Made by a program: the position numbers and the translations under genes. This document shows, piece after piece, positions 36,455 to 45,594 of a stretch of 64,000 nt of DNA. Position 1 is the first letter of the stretch. Every line of letters begins with the position of its first letter. Source of the stretch: a virus (lineage: Duplodnaviria; Heunggongvirae; Uroviricota; Caudoviricetes); the IMG/VR virus record IMGVR_UViG_2862035965_000001; one strand, 5' to 3'. The notes under the pieces are model-generated. The model was given only the letters and a program-made list of their open reading frames with translations. It did no database searches and was not told the DNA's origin.

Positions 36455-37474
36455 ATGAACGCATCCCGATTTATCTCTCGCTCAGCACTGATGTCACTTC
36501 TCGCACTTGTATCTGCATGTGGCTTCATTGCGCAGGCCAGCCCTGCTCACGCAGTATCTAACACTACATTCCTCAAAACCACAGCCTCATACTGCAGCGC
36601 AACACTGATTTCCGAGCAGCACGTCCTTACTGCCCGCCACTGCCTTAATAGTGGCCCAGCTACATCCGTGTCTTTTGGCGACCAGATTGATCACAACCGA
36701 CGACACGCCGTTGTCCACACTGTTGTTCACCCCGATGCCGATCTTGCTGTACTCACCCTTGATGGGCCAGTCACCTATGTCCAGCCGGCAGCGATCAACA
36801 CCGCCAAACAATTTGTTGGCGCTCCGGTAAACGTCACCGGTTTTGCTGGAAACTACAAGCAAGGTCAATGGGCTCACCAGGCGCACGGCGCCGTGACTGA
36901 TCATCAGTGGGATTCCCGCTATGGTTTTTCCATGAATTCGTTGTTTAATGATCGAGTCATTCCCGGTGACTCCGGCTCAGGCATCAAAGACGCCAACGGC
37001 AACATTGTTGGTGTGAGCGATTACACTCACAAGGGATTCGAATTCCGAAGCGGTGGTGTCACCATGCACACCTATGGTCAGTGGGTTGTCGATGCGACCG
37101 GTGGGTCAGCCCAGGTCGTACACAACAACTATGGTCTCGGTGTAGATCTGAGTAATATCACCACCAGCTCCGGGTCAAGCATGTCACCCGCCGCACCTAT
37201 TGATACCAGTGACGTTGTTACCACCATTGATGTTGTTGATACAGCATCAACCAATACGGACGCACCTGGTTTCACCGCATTCGACAACGACACTGCTGTG
37301 CCTATGGCACCAACCCCGACCCCAACTCTGGTTGTCCCTAGTTCTAGCGAGATCTCCACTGCCGTGTCAGAAATATCTGCATTAGTACAGCAGGCTCACA
37401 CCGATGCAGCTCAGGCTGTTCATGAAGCGGAAGCTGAATTCCACAACCAGCTTGCTGCGGTCTTCGCTCAGTAG
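36455..37474 (+). CDS. secreted trypsin-like (S1 family) serine protease, tandem paralog
   Basis: Signal peptide, then LTARHCL, DLAVLTLD and GDSGSG. It has a C-terminal Ser/Thr/Pro-rich extension. Confidence 0.7.
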   Translation: MNASRFISRSALMSLLALVSACGFIAQASPAHAVSNTTFLKTTASYCSATLISEQHVLTARHCLNSGPATSVSFGDQIDHNRRHAVVHTVVHPDADLAVLTLDGPVTYVQPAAINTAKQFVGAPVNVTGFAGNYKQGQWAHQAHGAVTDHQWDSRYGFSMNSLFNDRVIPGDSGSGIKDANGNIVGVSDYTHKGFEFRSGGVTMHTYGQWVVDATGGSAQVVHNNYGLGVDLSNITTSSGSSMSPAAPIDTSDVVTTIDVVDTASTNTDAPGFTAFDNDTAVPMAPTPTPTLVVPSSSEISTAVSEISALVQQAHTDAAQAVHEAEAEFHNQLAAVFAQ

Positions 37475-37881
37475 TTTAAGATCGCCGGTGCCCTTTATCA
37501 CGCGCCGGCGCGCGCCGGCTAAAAATGCCCTGTTTTACTCCCTCCGCCTGCATTTTCATCACTAGCAGGCAGGTCTCGCTGCGTGCACGCACTCTCAAGA
37601 AAACTAGCCTTGAGCTGCACTAATGGTGGTTTCTCACCACGGCCAACGTAGTGACCTGCGATACATTTACTTTCGTCACAGTGATGTTATGCGACCACCT
37701 AATAGGTCCCTCAAATTTACGGACCCCTTAGAGAGCGCCCTCTATTTTGCCAAAAAAGCACAACACCTACCACCACTCCCCGTGCACGGGTTGGGGTGAT
37801 GACGCTCCTTCATATGTGTTGTGTGGTTTATGCAAGTTATCTACACAACTACTGTGTCATCTCGTCCACTGTACCTACTCT

Positions 37882-37916
37882 TGCAGCAGTACATATGTAC
37901 TGCTGCAATTTTTTTT
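37882..37916 (+). terminator. 26-bp perfect palindrome TGCAGCAGTACATATGTACTGCTGCA plus T8
   Basis: Perfect dyad immediately followed by ATTTTTTTT. It could be a terminator or a protein-binding site. Confidence 0.45.
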
Positions 37917-38389
37917 AACACGCTCGCTGGCGCCGACCGAGCCACTCATACAACCGCAACACCCAAGTGCCGGATTAGGGTAGACCCTGACACGACACTG
38001 CCCACAGCACTGTTTAGACTGTCGGACTAAGTGGCCTGCCGGCTTTTCCCAACAGTGTCGGGTCAAGCCTAAGACTTATTCCGACAGTTTATTCGATAAT
38101 TATGCACATACTCCGCAATAATGTACTCGGTGTACTTTTACACCCAGTGCATGTTGCCATGACTTTGCTCAAAGTAGAAATCACCACAACATACCTTCAC
38201 AATACATCCGTCTTGTTTTGCAAACGAACCCATTATAGTTTTAGCAACAAAACCCGCGTATGCATATATTAATGTTCACAACTAATGTTTTAAACAAGTA
38301 CATAGTTCTGTGTTTTCTACTCCCCCACTACTGCAATAATGGAACGTAGTTTTTAACACAACACACAAAACTATTAAAGGTAATGGCAT

Positions 38390-39001
38390 ATGTTTGGCAC
38401 TAGTTTTAACGAACAAATAACTAACCCAAGAAGTCAACGAGTTTCTTATTTGCGTGTTTCTAGCACTGATCAGAATCTGGCGCGACAACGTGAAGCTGTT
38501 AACCATTCGGGTCATATTGATCGTGAGTTCACTGATGAACTTTCCGGTGGCGCCAAATCACACAGGCCCGGTTTAGAAGACTGCATTAATTATCTTCGCG
38601 AAGATGATGTTCTTGTGGTCGCATCTATTGACAGACTTGCACGCTCTCTTGTTGATTTACGTGTCATCATTGATCGCATCACAGACAAAGGCGCGTCGGT
38701 CATTTTTCTCAAAGAGAATTTGAATTTCGCCGCAGGCCGCGATGATCCCCGAGCAAACCTCATGCTCGGTATTTTGGGCAGCTTCGCAGAATTTGAACGC
38801 TCCATTATTCGCGAGCGCCAAGCCGAAGGTATTGCACTGGCGAAAAAGGCGGGCAAATACTCAGGTCGCCCAAAAGCCCTCAATATGGAACAAATACAAG
38901 AGGCGAAAGATATGATTTCTCAAGGTGAAACAAAATCCTCTGTTGCCAAGCATTTTGGTATCAACCGATCAACCTTATACGACTATCTCAAAAAATCCTG
39001 A
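38390..39001 (+). CDS. serine recombinase (resolvase/invertase family)
   Basis: 203 aa. N-terminal YLRVSSTDQNLARQRE, with the catalytic Ser in context. It has a C-terminal HTH (SSVAKHFGINRSTLYDYLKK). The small size fits a resolvase or invertase rather than a large serine integrase. Confidence 0.85.
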   Translation: MFGTSFNEQITNPRSQRVSYLRVSSTDQNLARQREAVNHSGHIDREFTDELSGGAKSHRPGLEDCINYLREDDVLVVASIDRLARSLVDLRVIIDRITDKGASVIFLKENLNFAAGRDDPRANLMLGILGSFAEFERSIIRERQAEGIALAKKAGKYSGRPKALNMEQIQEAKDMISQGETKSSVAKHFGINRSTLYDYLKKS

Positions 39002-39083
39002 ATAGTAACTTCAAGAAAGTAGCTTAAACTTTATGCATCGTGGCCGCACGTCTACCGCTCAGTGAACCTACCGCTTCACCGAT

Positions 39084-39572
39084 GTGAAGCCAGGTGCTGC
39101 TGACATTATTTTGTCCTCGACCAATAAGTGGGTCGGCGTTGCCCATAAACAAGCACCTGCATCAGAGATCCCCTATGGCACGCTTGACTCTATCGCTATG
39201 TCCAAGCCTTTCGCCTGGACGCAAAAAATCAAGATGTGCTCATGCAGCAAGTGGCATCTCGCCATTAAATGCACAGCCGAGGATCTACGCCTCCACCAAC
39301 AACCTGTGAACGGACGTTTTGGTGTTCGCGACGTGATCTTTGCTGACCTTAATACCCCACTGTTTCCTAACAGCCATGATCTTATTGCCAATCTTGACGA
39401 CCGAGAAGAACTTGGCGAGGACGCACGGTTAAGTTTTAACAAACGCGAAGATGCAGCCGCATTTATGGCTGCCAATAAAGCAAAACGCCTCAACTTTGAT
39501 AAGCGTGGCCGTAGAGCCAGTCACATCAAACCGCACGAACGCAAAGCATTCAAGAAGCACCGCAGAAAATAA
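39084..39572 (+). CDS. hypothetical protein with basic C-terminal tail
   Basis: GTG start without a clear ribosome-binding site; an alternative ATG lies at 39198. The C-terminus reads KRGRRASHIKPHERKAFKKHRRK. Confidence 0.4.
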   Translation: MKPGAADIILSSTNKWVGVAHKQAPASEIPYGTLDSIAMSKPFAWTQKIKMCSCSKWHLAIKCTAEDLRLHQQPVNGRFGVRDVIFADLNTPLFPNSHDLIANLDDREELGEDARLSFNKREDAAAFMAANKAKRLNFDKRGRRASHIKPHERKAFKKHRRK

Positions 39573-39593
39573 CGACAGCGAAGCTGCGTTCGG
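39571..39593 (+). promoter_or_regulatory. conserved 23-nt promoter-like motif, copy 9 (AACGACAGCGAAGCTGCGTTCGG)
   Basis: 68 nt upstream of the ATG at 39661. Confidence 0.6.
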
Positions 39594-39660
39594 TTATGTT
39601 CTCGAACTGCTGTAGTGCACGCACTACAGCCAACTACCACCGTAGAAGCGAGAACATATT

Positions 39661-40143
39661 ATGTCTGCCGTTGATCTTTACCAAGCACGCATTCCTTTTC
39701 AACGCGATGGCGTGCGCTGTGATCATACGATGATCACTCGCATTCAAGCCGGCCTGCATCTTGGTGGCTGCCGCGCAGCAGGACTTCTGCCTGTACCAGC
39801 ACATATCGACCATATCGTCCGCCTAACAACCACTGATTTCTATGATCTTGACTCTGCACCGCAACTGCTCAGCAACACTGTGCTTGATGTGTTGGACACC
39901 ACCACCCAAGACTTGAGCGCGTTGTGGCCTGTTGCAGAGCACATTGCCACAACCGTTCCTGAATCAGAGGACGTGCTTATCCACTGCCAGATGGGTATCA
40001 ACCGATCAGCGGCGCTGATGGCACGGGTGTTGATGCTGCGTAACAGTTGCACAGCCGATGAAGCGGTAGCGTTGCTGCGTGCTCGACGCTCACCATTTGT
40101 GCTGTTCAATGAGCATTTCGTGGAACAGCTACAAAAGCTGTAG
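39661..40143 (+). CDS. dual-specificity / Cys-based protein phosphatase (CX5R)
   Basis: VLIHCQMGINRSAALMARV matches the HCxxGxxRS P-loop of DUSP/PTP enzymes. Confidence 0.7.
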   Translation: MSAVDLYQARIPFQRDGVRCDHTMITRIQAGLHLGGCRAAGLLPVPAHIDHIVRLTTTDFYDLDSAPQLLSNTVLDVLDTTTQDLSALWPVAEHIATTVPESEDVLIHCQMGINRSAALMARVLMLRNSCTADEAVALLRARRSPFVLFNEHFVEQLQKL

Positions 40144-40160
40144 ACATTCTAAAACCATTG

Positions 40161-40199
40161 CCCCAAGAAGAGATGCTTCTCTTCTTGGGGTTCTTTTTT
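40161..40199 (+). terminator. intrinsic terminator (CCCCAAGAAGAGATGCTTCTCTTCTTGGGG plus T-run)
   Basis: Perfect hairpin followed by TTCTTTTTT. Confidence 0.65.
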
Positions 40200-40355
40200 C
40201 TTGCACGAGGTGTAGTTACGGTTCTGTGATGCTGGGTATCTAGGAGGGCTTTTTCCAACATTAATTAGATAGATTAATTTTTAATTAATTCAACTAATAT
40301 CATATTGAATAACTATGCAATTCTGGCATACTCATTAGTTAGACATTAAATAATA

Positions 40356-41174
40356 ATGTCCAACCTCAACCTAAGGACCTGTAGTATGTCGTCGTCACAC
40401 AACATTCGCAAAATATTCAGCGCACTGGCCGTCTCATTCTCGGTTTCACTTATCGCTATTGCTGTAACCCCTGCCTCAGCACAAGAACCCGTGATAACCC
40501 AACACATACTGGAAACAAGCGTAGATCTAAATTCTGAAAATCTAGTTGATACTAGCGACTTTTCGAGTGCTCAAATTTTGCAAGCACAAAAATTGATCAA
40601 CGTAATGAAAAAGTCAGAAAACATCTACGAGTATTTCGGCACTCTTTCCGACGTTGAGCAACGATCAATTATTGCAGCAATTGAGCAAAACCCCTATCTC
40701 ATTGAGGATGAATTGCCCCGTATGAGAACACAAAACGAATTGACCGATGAAAATGAAAAGAAGTCTCCTAGCGAACAATACAAACTGTATATGACCATTC
40801 TTGAAATGCTGTCATGCATCAATCTCGTTGATGTCCCCTCATGTGCACTCGCCAATCAAGCCGCAAATATAGCTGAATCTGAAGCCAGAATCCGATACCC
40901 CGATTCAACAACAAATGGCAAAGGTGATGCCTTCCGTCACTGCACATGGAGCGCACTCATGACAATCCGAATAGGTGAAGACGGTGCCGAAAAAATAGGT
41001 AACGCTCATGAAACAGTAAGAAGAGGGGAACCAGAGGAAAGGGAGATGGATCTCATCAACAACGCATTAGGTCGAGATGTTGGTGGGAGGTTCACCATCA
41101 ATAAAGACGAAGATGGTGCGCTTAACACATGCGCGTCCATGGCTAACATCGGGCTACTCCACACTTTAATATAA
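40356..41174 (+). CDS. secreted protein with conserved Cys/His motif (GDAFRHCTWSALMT...AHE)
   Basis: 272 aa with a signal peptide (ALAVSFSVSLIAIAVTPASAQE). Preceded by a very AT-rich promoter region. Confidence 0.55.
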   Translation: MSNLNLRTCSMSSSHNIRKIFSALAVSFSVSLIAIAVTPASAQEPVITQHILETSVDLNSENLVDTSDFSSAQILQAQKLINVMKKSENIYEYFGTLSDVEQRSIIAAIEQNPYLIEDELPRMRTQNELTDENEKKSPSEQYKLYMTILEMLSCINLVDVPSCALANQAANIAESEARIRYPDSTTNGKGDAFRHCTWSALMTIRIGEDGAEKIGNAHETVRRGEPEEREMDLINNALGRDVGGRFTINKDEDGALNTCASMANIGLLHTLI

Positions 41175-41188
41175 CAAGAGGTCACCTT

Positions 41189-41644
41189 ATGAAAACGAAG
41201 AGTCTCAACGTCGCAGCAATAATCTCAGCACTATTACTGACAGGCTGCTCCAATCACAGCTCACCACTTTATGACTACTTAAATACTTCGACGTCAACCA
41301 CCGTCGAACAGGTACGTCTCAGTGATCTTTACGACGAACAATGGACCGAATTCGCCCTTGTCTGCCCCTACACCGCAAAAGAAGAGATCAAAAATGAACT
41401 CGGTATCTCAATACGCACTTATCTAACCAACTCCACTGATGACAGTAGTAACGATATTGTGTTGAGAGCTGAGGACGGATCGTATGAGTGGATCTATTTC
41501 AACAGATTCGACACCATGAGCCTCTGCCCGGGGAAACCACCAGAGTTGAAATACCGATCCATTGATTCGATTCTTGAGTTTGAGTACGACCACGACTACG
41601 GTAACTGGGATTTAACCGGCATCACTGAACCTACAGTGCAATAG
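41189..41644 (+). CDS. lipoprotein (paralog of 45060-45521)
   Basis: 151 aa with the lipobox LLTGC. Shares LSDLY..QW.EFAL.CP and a C-terminal block with the 45060 protein. Confidence 0.55.
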   Translation: MKTKSLNVAAIISALLLTGCSNHSSPLYDYLNTSTSTTVEQVRLSDLYDEQWTEFALVCPYTAKEEIKNELGISIRTYLTNSTDDSSNDIVLRAEDGSYEWIYFNRFDTMSLCPGKPPELKYRSIDSILEFEYDHDYGNWDLTGITEPTVQ

Positions 41645-41671
41645 TCACATCAACATTATTTATCACGTAAA

Positions 41672-41721
41672 TACCCTTTAAAAATCTTTTACAAGATTTT
41701 TAAAGGGTATTTCTTTTATTA
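41672..41721 (+). terminator. intrinsic terminator (TACCCTTTAAAAATCTT-TTAC-AAGATTTTTAAAGGGTA plus T-run)
   Basis: 17-bp perfect stem. Homologous to the 43621 terminator. Confidence 0.6.
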
Positions 41722-41814
41722 CTTTTATATAGATTTTTAACTATCTATTACTGCACCATGTCAAACACGCGTAAAAGACTTCTTTAACCCACTCTAATAA
41801 AAAAACTTAAAAAC

Positions 41815-41837
41815 AACGACAGCGAAGCTGCGTTCGG
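41815..41837 (+). promoter_or_regulatory. conserved 23-nt promoter-like motif, copy 10
   Basis: AACGACAGCGAAGCTGCGTTCGG after an A-rich run, 57 nt upstream of the ATG at 41894. Confidence 0.6.
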
Positions 41838-41893
41838 GTGAATCGGCGATAGTCACACACCACTCTTCTTGAGAGAATCCCGAGGTCACCCCT

Positions 41894-42625
41894 ATGTCAC
41901 CGAACTTCCAAGCTCGCGGCACCTTCACTGCACCCACTGTTGCTTTGTCTATGCGCCAGGTCGCACACATCCGTGAAGAGATCAACAAGTCGCCACTCGC
42001 CGCTTCCGTTTTCATCGCACCCACCACCAAACAAATGGTTGTCCGCGATCTGGAATCACTGTTCCAGCAGCTCTACCACACAGATCTACCTGAACCATCC
42101 ATCAAAGACAGTGGTCTTATCAGTGCTGTCGGCTCTGGTGCCGGCAATACCAATAATCCAGCGCTCGCCCTAGAATCCCAGATGGCCTACCACCAGGTGC
42201 TCGCCATGCACCACACCGATGTTGCTACCTGGCACAAGGTGGTGACCAAAAACATCACCGAATCCGCTGCCGCACAAGATGCAGCCTTTGAGCACAGTGC
42301 AAAATACGATGCTGTCCATGATGCTGCGCATCTTATGGGCATCACTATTGATGATGGCAATGTCGGTAGCATCGCTATTGCATTTGATGCTGCGCGTGCA
42401 GATGGCAAGCATGATTGGTGCGTTGCCGGCATGAACCGCTACATGGAGGTCACTGAGGCGTTGGATAATGCGCGAGCTGTCACTAAAAATACTGCTGCAC
42501 TCAATAAAACTGCTCTACCAGACGTGCAGCCGGCGCCCGTTCTGCATTCAGCACAGTTCATGAACAAGTCCGCACACAATCATGGGGTTAATACTGCTGA
42601 AAAAGATCAACCAACCCTGTTTTAA
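41894..42625 (+). CDS. hypothetical protein
   Basis: 243-aa ORF. Confidence 0.5.
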   Translation: MSPNFQARGTFTAPTVALSMRQVAHIREEINKSPLAASVFIAPTTKQMVVRDLESLFQQLYHTDLPEPSIKDSGLISAVGSGAGNTNNPALALESQMAYHQVLAMHHTDVATWHKVVTKNITESAAAQDAAFEHSAKYDAVHDAAHLMGITIDDGNVGSIAIAFDAARADGKHDWCVAGMNRYMEVTEALDNARAVTKNTAALNKTALPDVQPAPVLHSAQFMNKSAHNHGVNTAEKDQPTLF

Positions 42626-42797
42626 AAGACTGTCCATTTAACAACCACATCGTTACCCCCCCGAACAGTCTTTTAAAGGCTATTCAGGGGTAATTTTTTC
42701 GCCACACCCGCAATATCTACCATAAATGGTGATCTATTATACATAATGGAATTACCAAAGCTTCGCATCACTTTTCCACAGCCTGAAAGAACATACT

Positions 42798-43538
42798 ATG
42801 TCCGCAGCTTTACCTCACACCGCAGCAGATCCCGTACACACCACCCCAGCGAAACCGCTGCTCGATCATGTCTTAGATTCACTGGGACGCAGCATCATCA
42901 GTGGTGAAATGGAAGCCGGTAGCACATTCAAACTGCAAGACATCGGTGAAAAATTCGGTATCTCCCGCACCGTCGCCAGAGAAGCTATGCGTGCCTTAGA
43001 GCAACTTGGGTTGGTGGCCTCATCGAGACGAATTGGTATTACAGTGCTCTCTCACGAGCACTGGGCTGTCTTTGACAAAGCCATTATTCGCTGGCGCCTC
43101 GAAGATGAGCGTCAACGTGAACAGCAACTGCAGTCACTCACCGAACTTCGTATTGCCATTGAACCAATTGCTGCACGCAGTGTTGCTCTTCATGCATCAA
43201 GCGCAGAGATTGCTATCATCAGTGATCTTGCTGCACGAATGCGTAACCTCGGTGAAGCTGGCCGTGGCGCATCACAAGAATTCCTAGACGCAGATGTGAA
43301 ATTTCATGAGCTTATTTTGCAGTATTGCCATAATGAGATGTTCGCTGCCATGGCACCGCCCATAAAGGCTGTACTAGTCGGACGCACCAAACTTGGCCTT
43401 CAACCCGATCGACCTGCCGAAGAGGTCTTGGACAATCATGATGCTCTCGCACACGCACTAAGTGTTCGTAATGCAGACCTCGCCGAAAAAGCATCCAGGA
43501 ACATTCTGAGTGAGGTGCGCGACGCACTGAGCTCGTAA
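42798..43538 (+). CDS. GntR/FadR-family transcriptional regulator
   Basis: N-terminal winged HTH (KLQDIGEKFGISRTVAREAMRALEQLGLV) and a C-terminal all-helical FCD-like domain. Confidence 0.75.
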   Translation: MSAALPHTAADPVHTTPAKPLLDHVLDSLGRSIISGEMEAGSTFKLQDIGEKFGISRTVAREAMRALEQLGLVASSRRIGITVLSHEHWAVFDKAIIRWRLEDERQREQQLQSLTELRIAIEPIAARSVALHASSAEIAIISDLAARMRNLGEAGRGASQEFLDADVKFHELILQYCHNEMFAAMAPPIKAVLVGRTKLGLQPDRPAEEVLDNHDALAHALSVRNADLAEKASRNILSEVRDALSS

Positions 43539-43620
43539 CTGCCTCTTACTCGCTCAATAACTAACACATAATTGCCACTAAACGAGCCACTACACAATTA
43601 CACCGCTCATCGTTACTTAA

Positions 43621-43669
43621 TTACCCTTTAATAGTCTTTTACAAGGCTGTTAAAGGGTAATTTTTTATT
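43621..43669 (+). terminator. intrinsic terminator (TTACCCTTTAATAGTCTTTTACAAGGCTGTTAAAGGGTAA plus T-run)
   Basis: Homologous to the terminator at 41672. Confidence 0.6.
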
Positions 43670-43764
43670 CGTTTGTTTTGGGCCCATTAAGTGTCAATTA
43701 CATGTCGAGTAAGTGACACTTACAGCGCAATTGAATAGTCACTTAAACGCACGCTAAAAAAACC

Positions 43765-43787
43765 AATGACAGCGAAGCTGCATTCGG
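43765..43787 (+). promoter_or_regulatory. conserved promoter-like motif, copy 11 (AATGACAGCGAAGCTGCATTCGG)
   Basis: Two mismatches to the consensus, A-rich upstream, 66 nt upstream of the ATG at 43853. Confidence 0.55.
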
Positions 43788-43852
43788 ATACACACCTGAA
43801 GAACACTCTTCACCACTAGCATTCCACCAACGCCTCAGAAAGGGCTATCTCC

Positions 43853-44041
43853 ATGTCTGTTGATGATCTTTACGCTGTTGTTCTTGATACCCGCACCGGT
43901 GAACCTGTTCCCTGCGTGTTCTGCAACTCTGCCCCACAGATTGTGATCTACGACGGTTGCTGCTCTCTGACCTGCACCCAGGCTCTCGATGATCTAGTTG
44001 AGGCTGAATACTACGGTGCAGATCTCACTGCAGCCGCTTAA
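43853..44041 (+). CDS. small Cys-rich protein
   Basis: 62 aa with CVFCNS...CCSLTC. Confidence 0.45.
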   Translation: MSVDDLYAVVLDTRTGEPVPCVFCNSAPQIVIYDGCCSLTCTQALDDLVEAEYYGADLTAAA

Positions 44042-44066
44042 AAACAACTACATACAACGACAACAA

Positions 44067-44118
44067 CCCCGCTTCAGAATATTGCAACAAAGCAATAACT
44101 GAAGCGGGGTTTTATTTT
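44067..44118 (+). terminator. intrinsic terminator (CCCCGCTTCAG...CTGAAGCGGGG plus TTTTATTTT)
   Basis: 11-bp perfect stem followed by a T-run. Confidence 0.65.
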
Positions 44119-44418
44119 CTCTATCCACAAGAGCAGAAACCCACGATGGGTATTCGCAGATAAAGGCACAAGACCGATGCTGGACTTTCGGAGCTTGGCT
44201 CCCGCCATTCCCCAGCATCACGTGCTTGTTCGTTCGATTATATAACACACATCATATGTTTAGCAATTTGTTTATCTAGATTACATAGTAACTAAATAAT
44301 TCAGTATAGCCTTCATGTATTGCTTTTAATATGATTAATCTAGTTTATTAATGTATTTAAAACTCTGTTTTTTAACTACCTCCCGCGAATATAAATCTAA
44401 ACAAAAGAGGAGCACCAC

Positions 44419-45069
44419 ATGTCAGCGCTCTCCCCGCGCACACGCACCTGGAAAATCAGTACCGTCGCGCTACTCTCTAGCATCATTGGATTGAGTTGCA
44501 TCAATCATGCCGTGAGCTTCACTGCCGCACAGGAAATAGCATCCGATACACCCGTAGCAACAAATACATCAGACACCGTTGATAGCTCACCCATAAAGAA
44601 ATACGCCACCAAGCACATCAAAGATCATTTCCAGGATGAGATTTATGCAATTGAAAATGGTAGCGAACTACCTTTAGCCATTGAAAGCGACTCTGCAGCG
44701 CCAAAAACCACTAATTCGCACGTTGACAAACAGACGGATTCGTCAGAGCTTACAAATCTGCAACACAGTTTTCATCACGAGAAACCGAGCAACAGGCTCA
44801 TTCGTAGCGTGAGCTACGATTCGCCATCGGATACTTGGGTCATCATACCGACTGAAGATGTGTTATCCCACGGTGTCGATACCACCCGCATCAGCCAAAT
44901 TCTCTATGAAGCTCACGCCCTGGGGCTCCATGACGAGCAAGCCCTCACCCGGCAGTTGACCTGCTATGCGTTGGGTTCACAGCCCACTGACACCGAGTGG
45001 AGCCTCAAGGGTTACCGCAACAGCCTCACAAAAAACGCCATCGAACACTATAGCGAAAGTTGCAACTAA
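44419..45069 (+). CDS. secreted protein (second cassette)
   Basis: 216 aa with a signal peptide. The AT-rich upstream region has a GAGGAG ribosome-binding site. Confidence 0.5.
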   Translation: MSALSPRTRTWKISTVALLSSIIGLSCINHAVSFTAAQEIASDTPVATNTSDTVDSSPIKKYATKHIKDHFQDEIYAIENGSELPLAIESDSAAPKTTNSHVDKQTDSSELTNLQHSFHHEKPSNRLIRSVSYDSPSDTWVIIPTEDVLSHGVDTTRISQILYEAHALGLHDEQALTRQLTCYALGSQPTDTEWSLKGYRNSLTKNAIEHYSESCN

Positions 45070-45521
45070 TGATGAGAACGACAGCCTATAAAAAACGAGC
45101 CCTGGCTTTGGTGCTATTCGGTACCGTGTCACTGTCCATAACAGCATGTAGCAACGACGCTGCACTTGCCGATTATCTCGATGCACAGCGCCCAACAGTT
45201 GATTCACCAGCAGATTCGGGATCATTAAGCGTCCCGCTTAGCGACATCTACAGCGTGCAATGGTCTGAGTTTGCTATTGCTTGTCCGGGTGCGATCCCTG
45301 GTTTTGCTGCACATATTCACACCCCGACCAGCGCGCTTGTGCTCAAAGCTCGCAACAATGAGGATGCAACGAGAGCCATTGAATTCGATCGAACTAGCAC
45401 GCTGGATCTCTGTGCTATCACCGATAGCGCTGTTGATCTTAAATTTCGGCCACTAGATACTGCGCTAAACTTCCACTACAACACCGATTCTGCAGTGTGG
45501 GAGCTTACGCCGTTTGATTAA
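45060..45521 (+). CDS. lipoprotein (paralog of 41189-41644)
   Basis: Lipobox SITAC. Overlaps the previous gene by 10 nt. Confidence 0.5.
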   Translation: MQLMMRTTAYKKRALALVLFGTVSLSITACSNDAALADYLDAQRPTVDSPADSGSLSVPLSDIYSVQWSEFAIACPGAIPGFAAHIHTPTSALVLKARNNEDATRAIEFDRTSTLDLCAITDSAVDLKFRPLDTALNFHYNTDSAVWELTPFD

Positions 45522-45545
45522 AAAGCCCACACACAGACACGGATA

Positions 45546-45594
45546 ATATCCCCCGTAGTAGCTGAAACAAGCTGCTGCGGGGGATATTTTTTTA
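45546..45594 (+). terminator. intrinsic terminator (ATATCCCCCGTAGTAGC...GCTGCTGCGGGGGATAT plus T7)
   Basis: Long GC-rich stem followed by TTTTTTT. It is bidirectional for the convergent minus-strand gene. Confidence 0.6.

Noticed and set aside
38390-39001. Large serine integrase plus attP integration module
   Set aside because: The recombinase is only 203 aa with the resolvase/invertase architecture (catalytic domain plus short HTH), not a 450-600-aa large serine integrase. It more likely acts in resolution or inversion.
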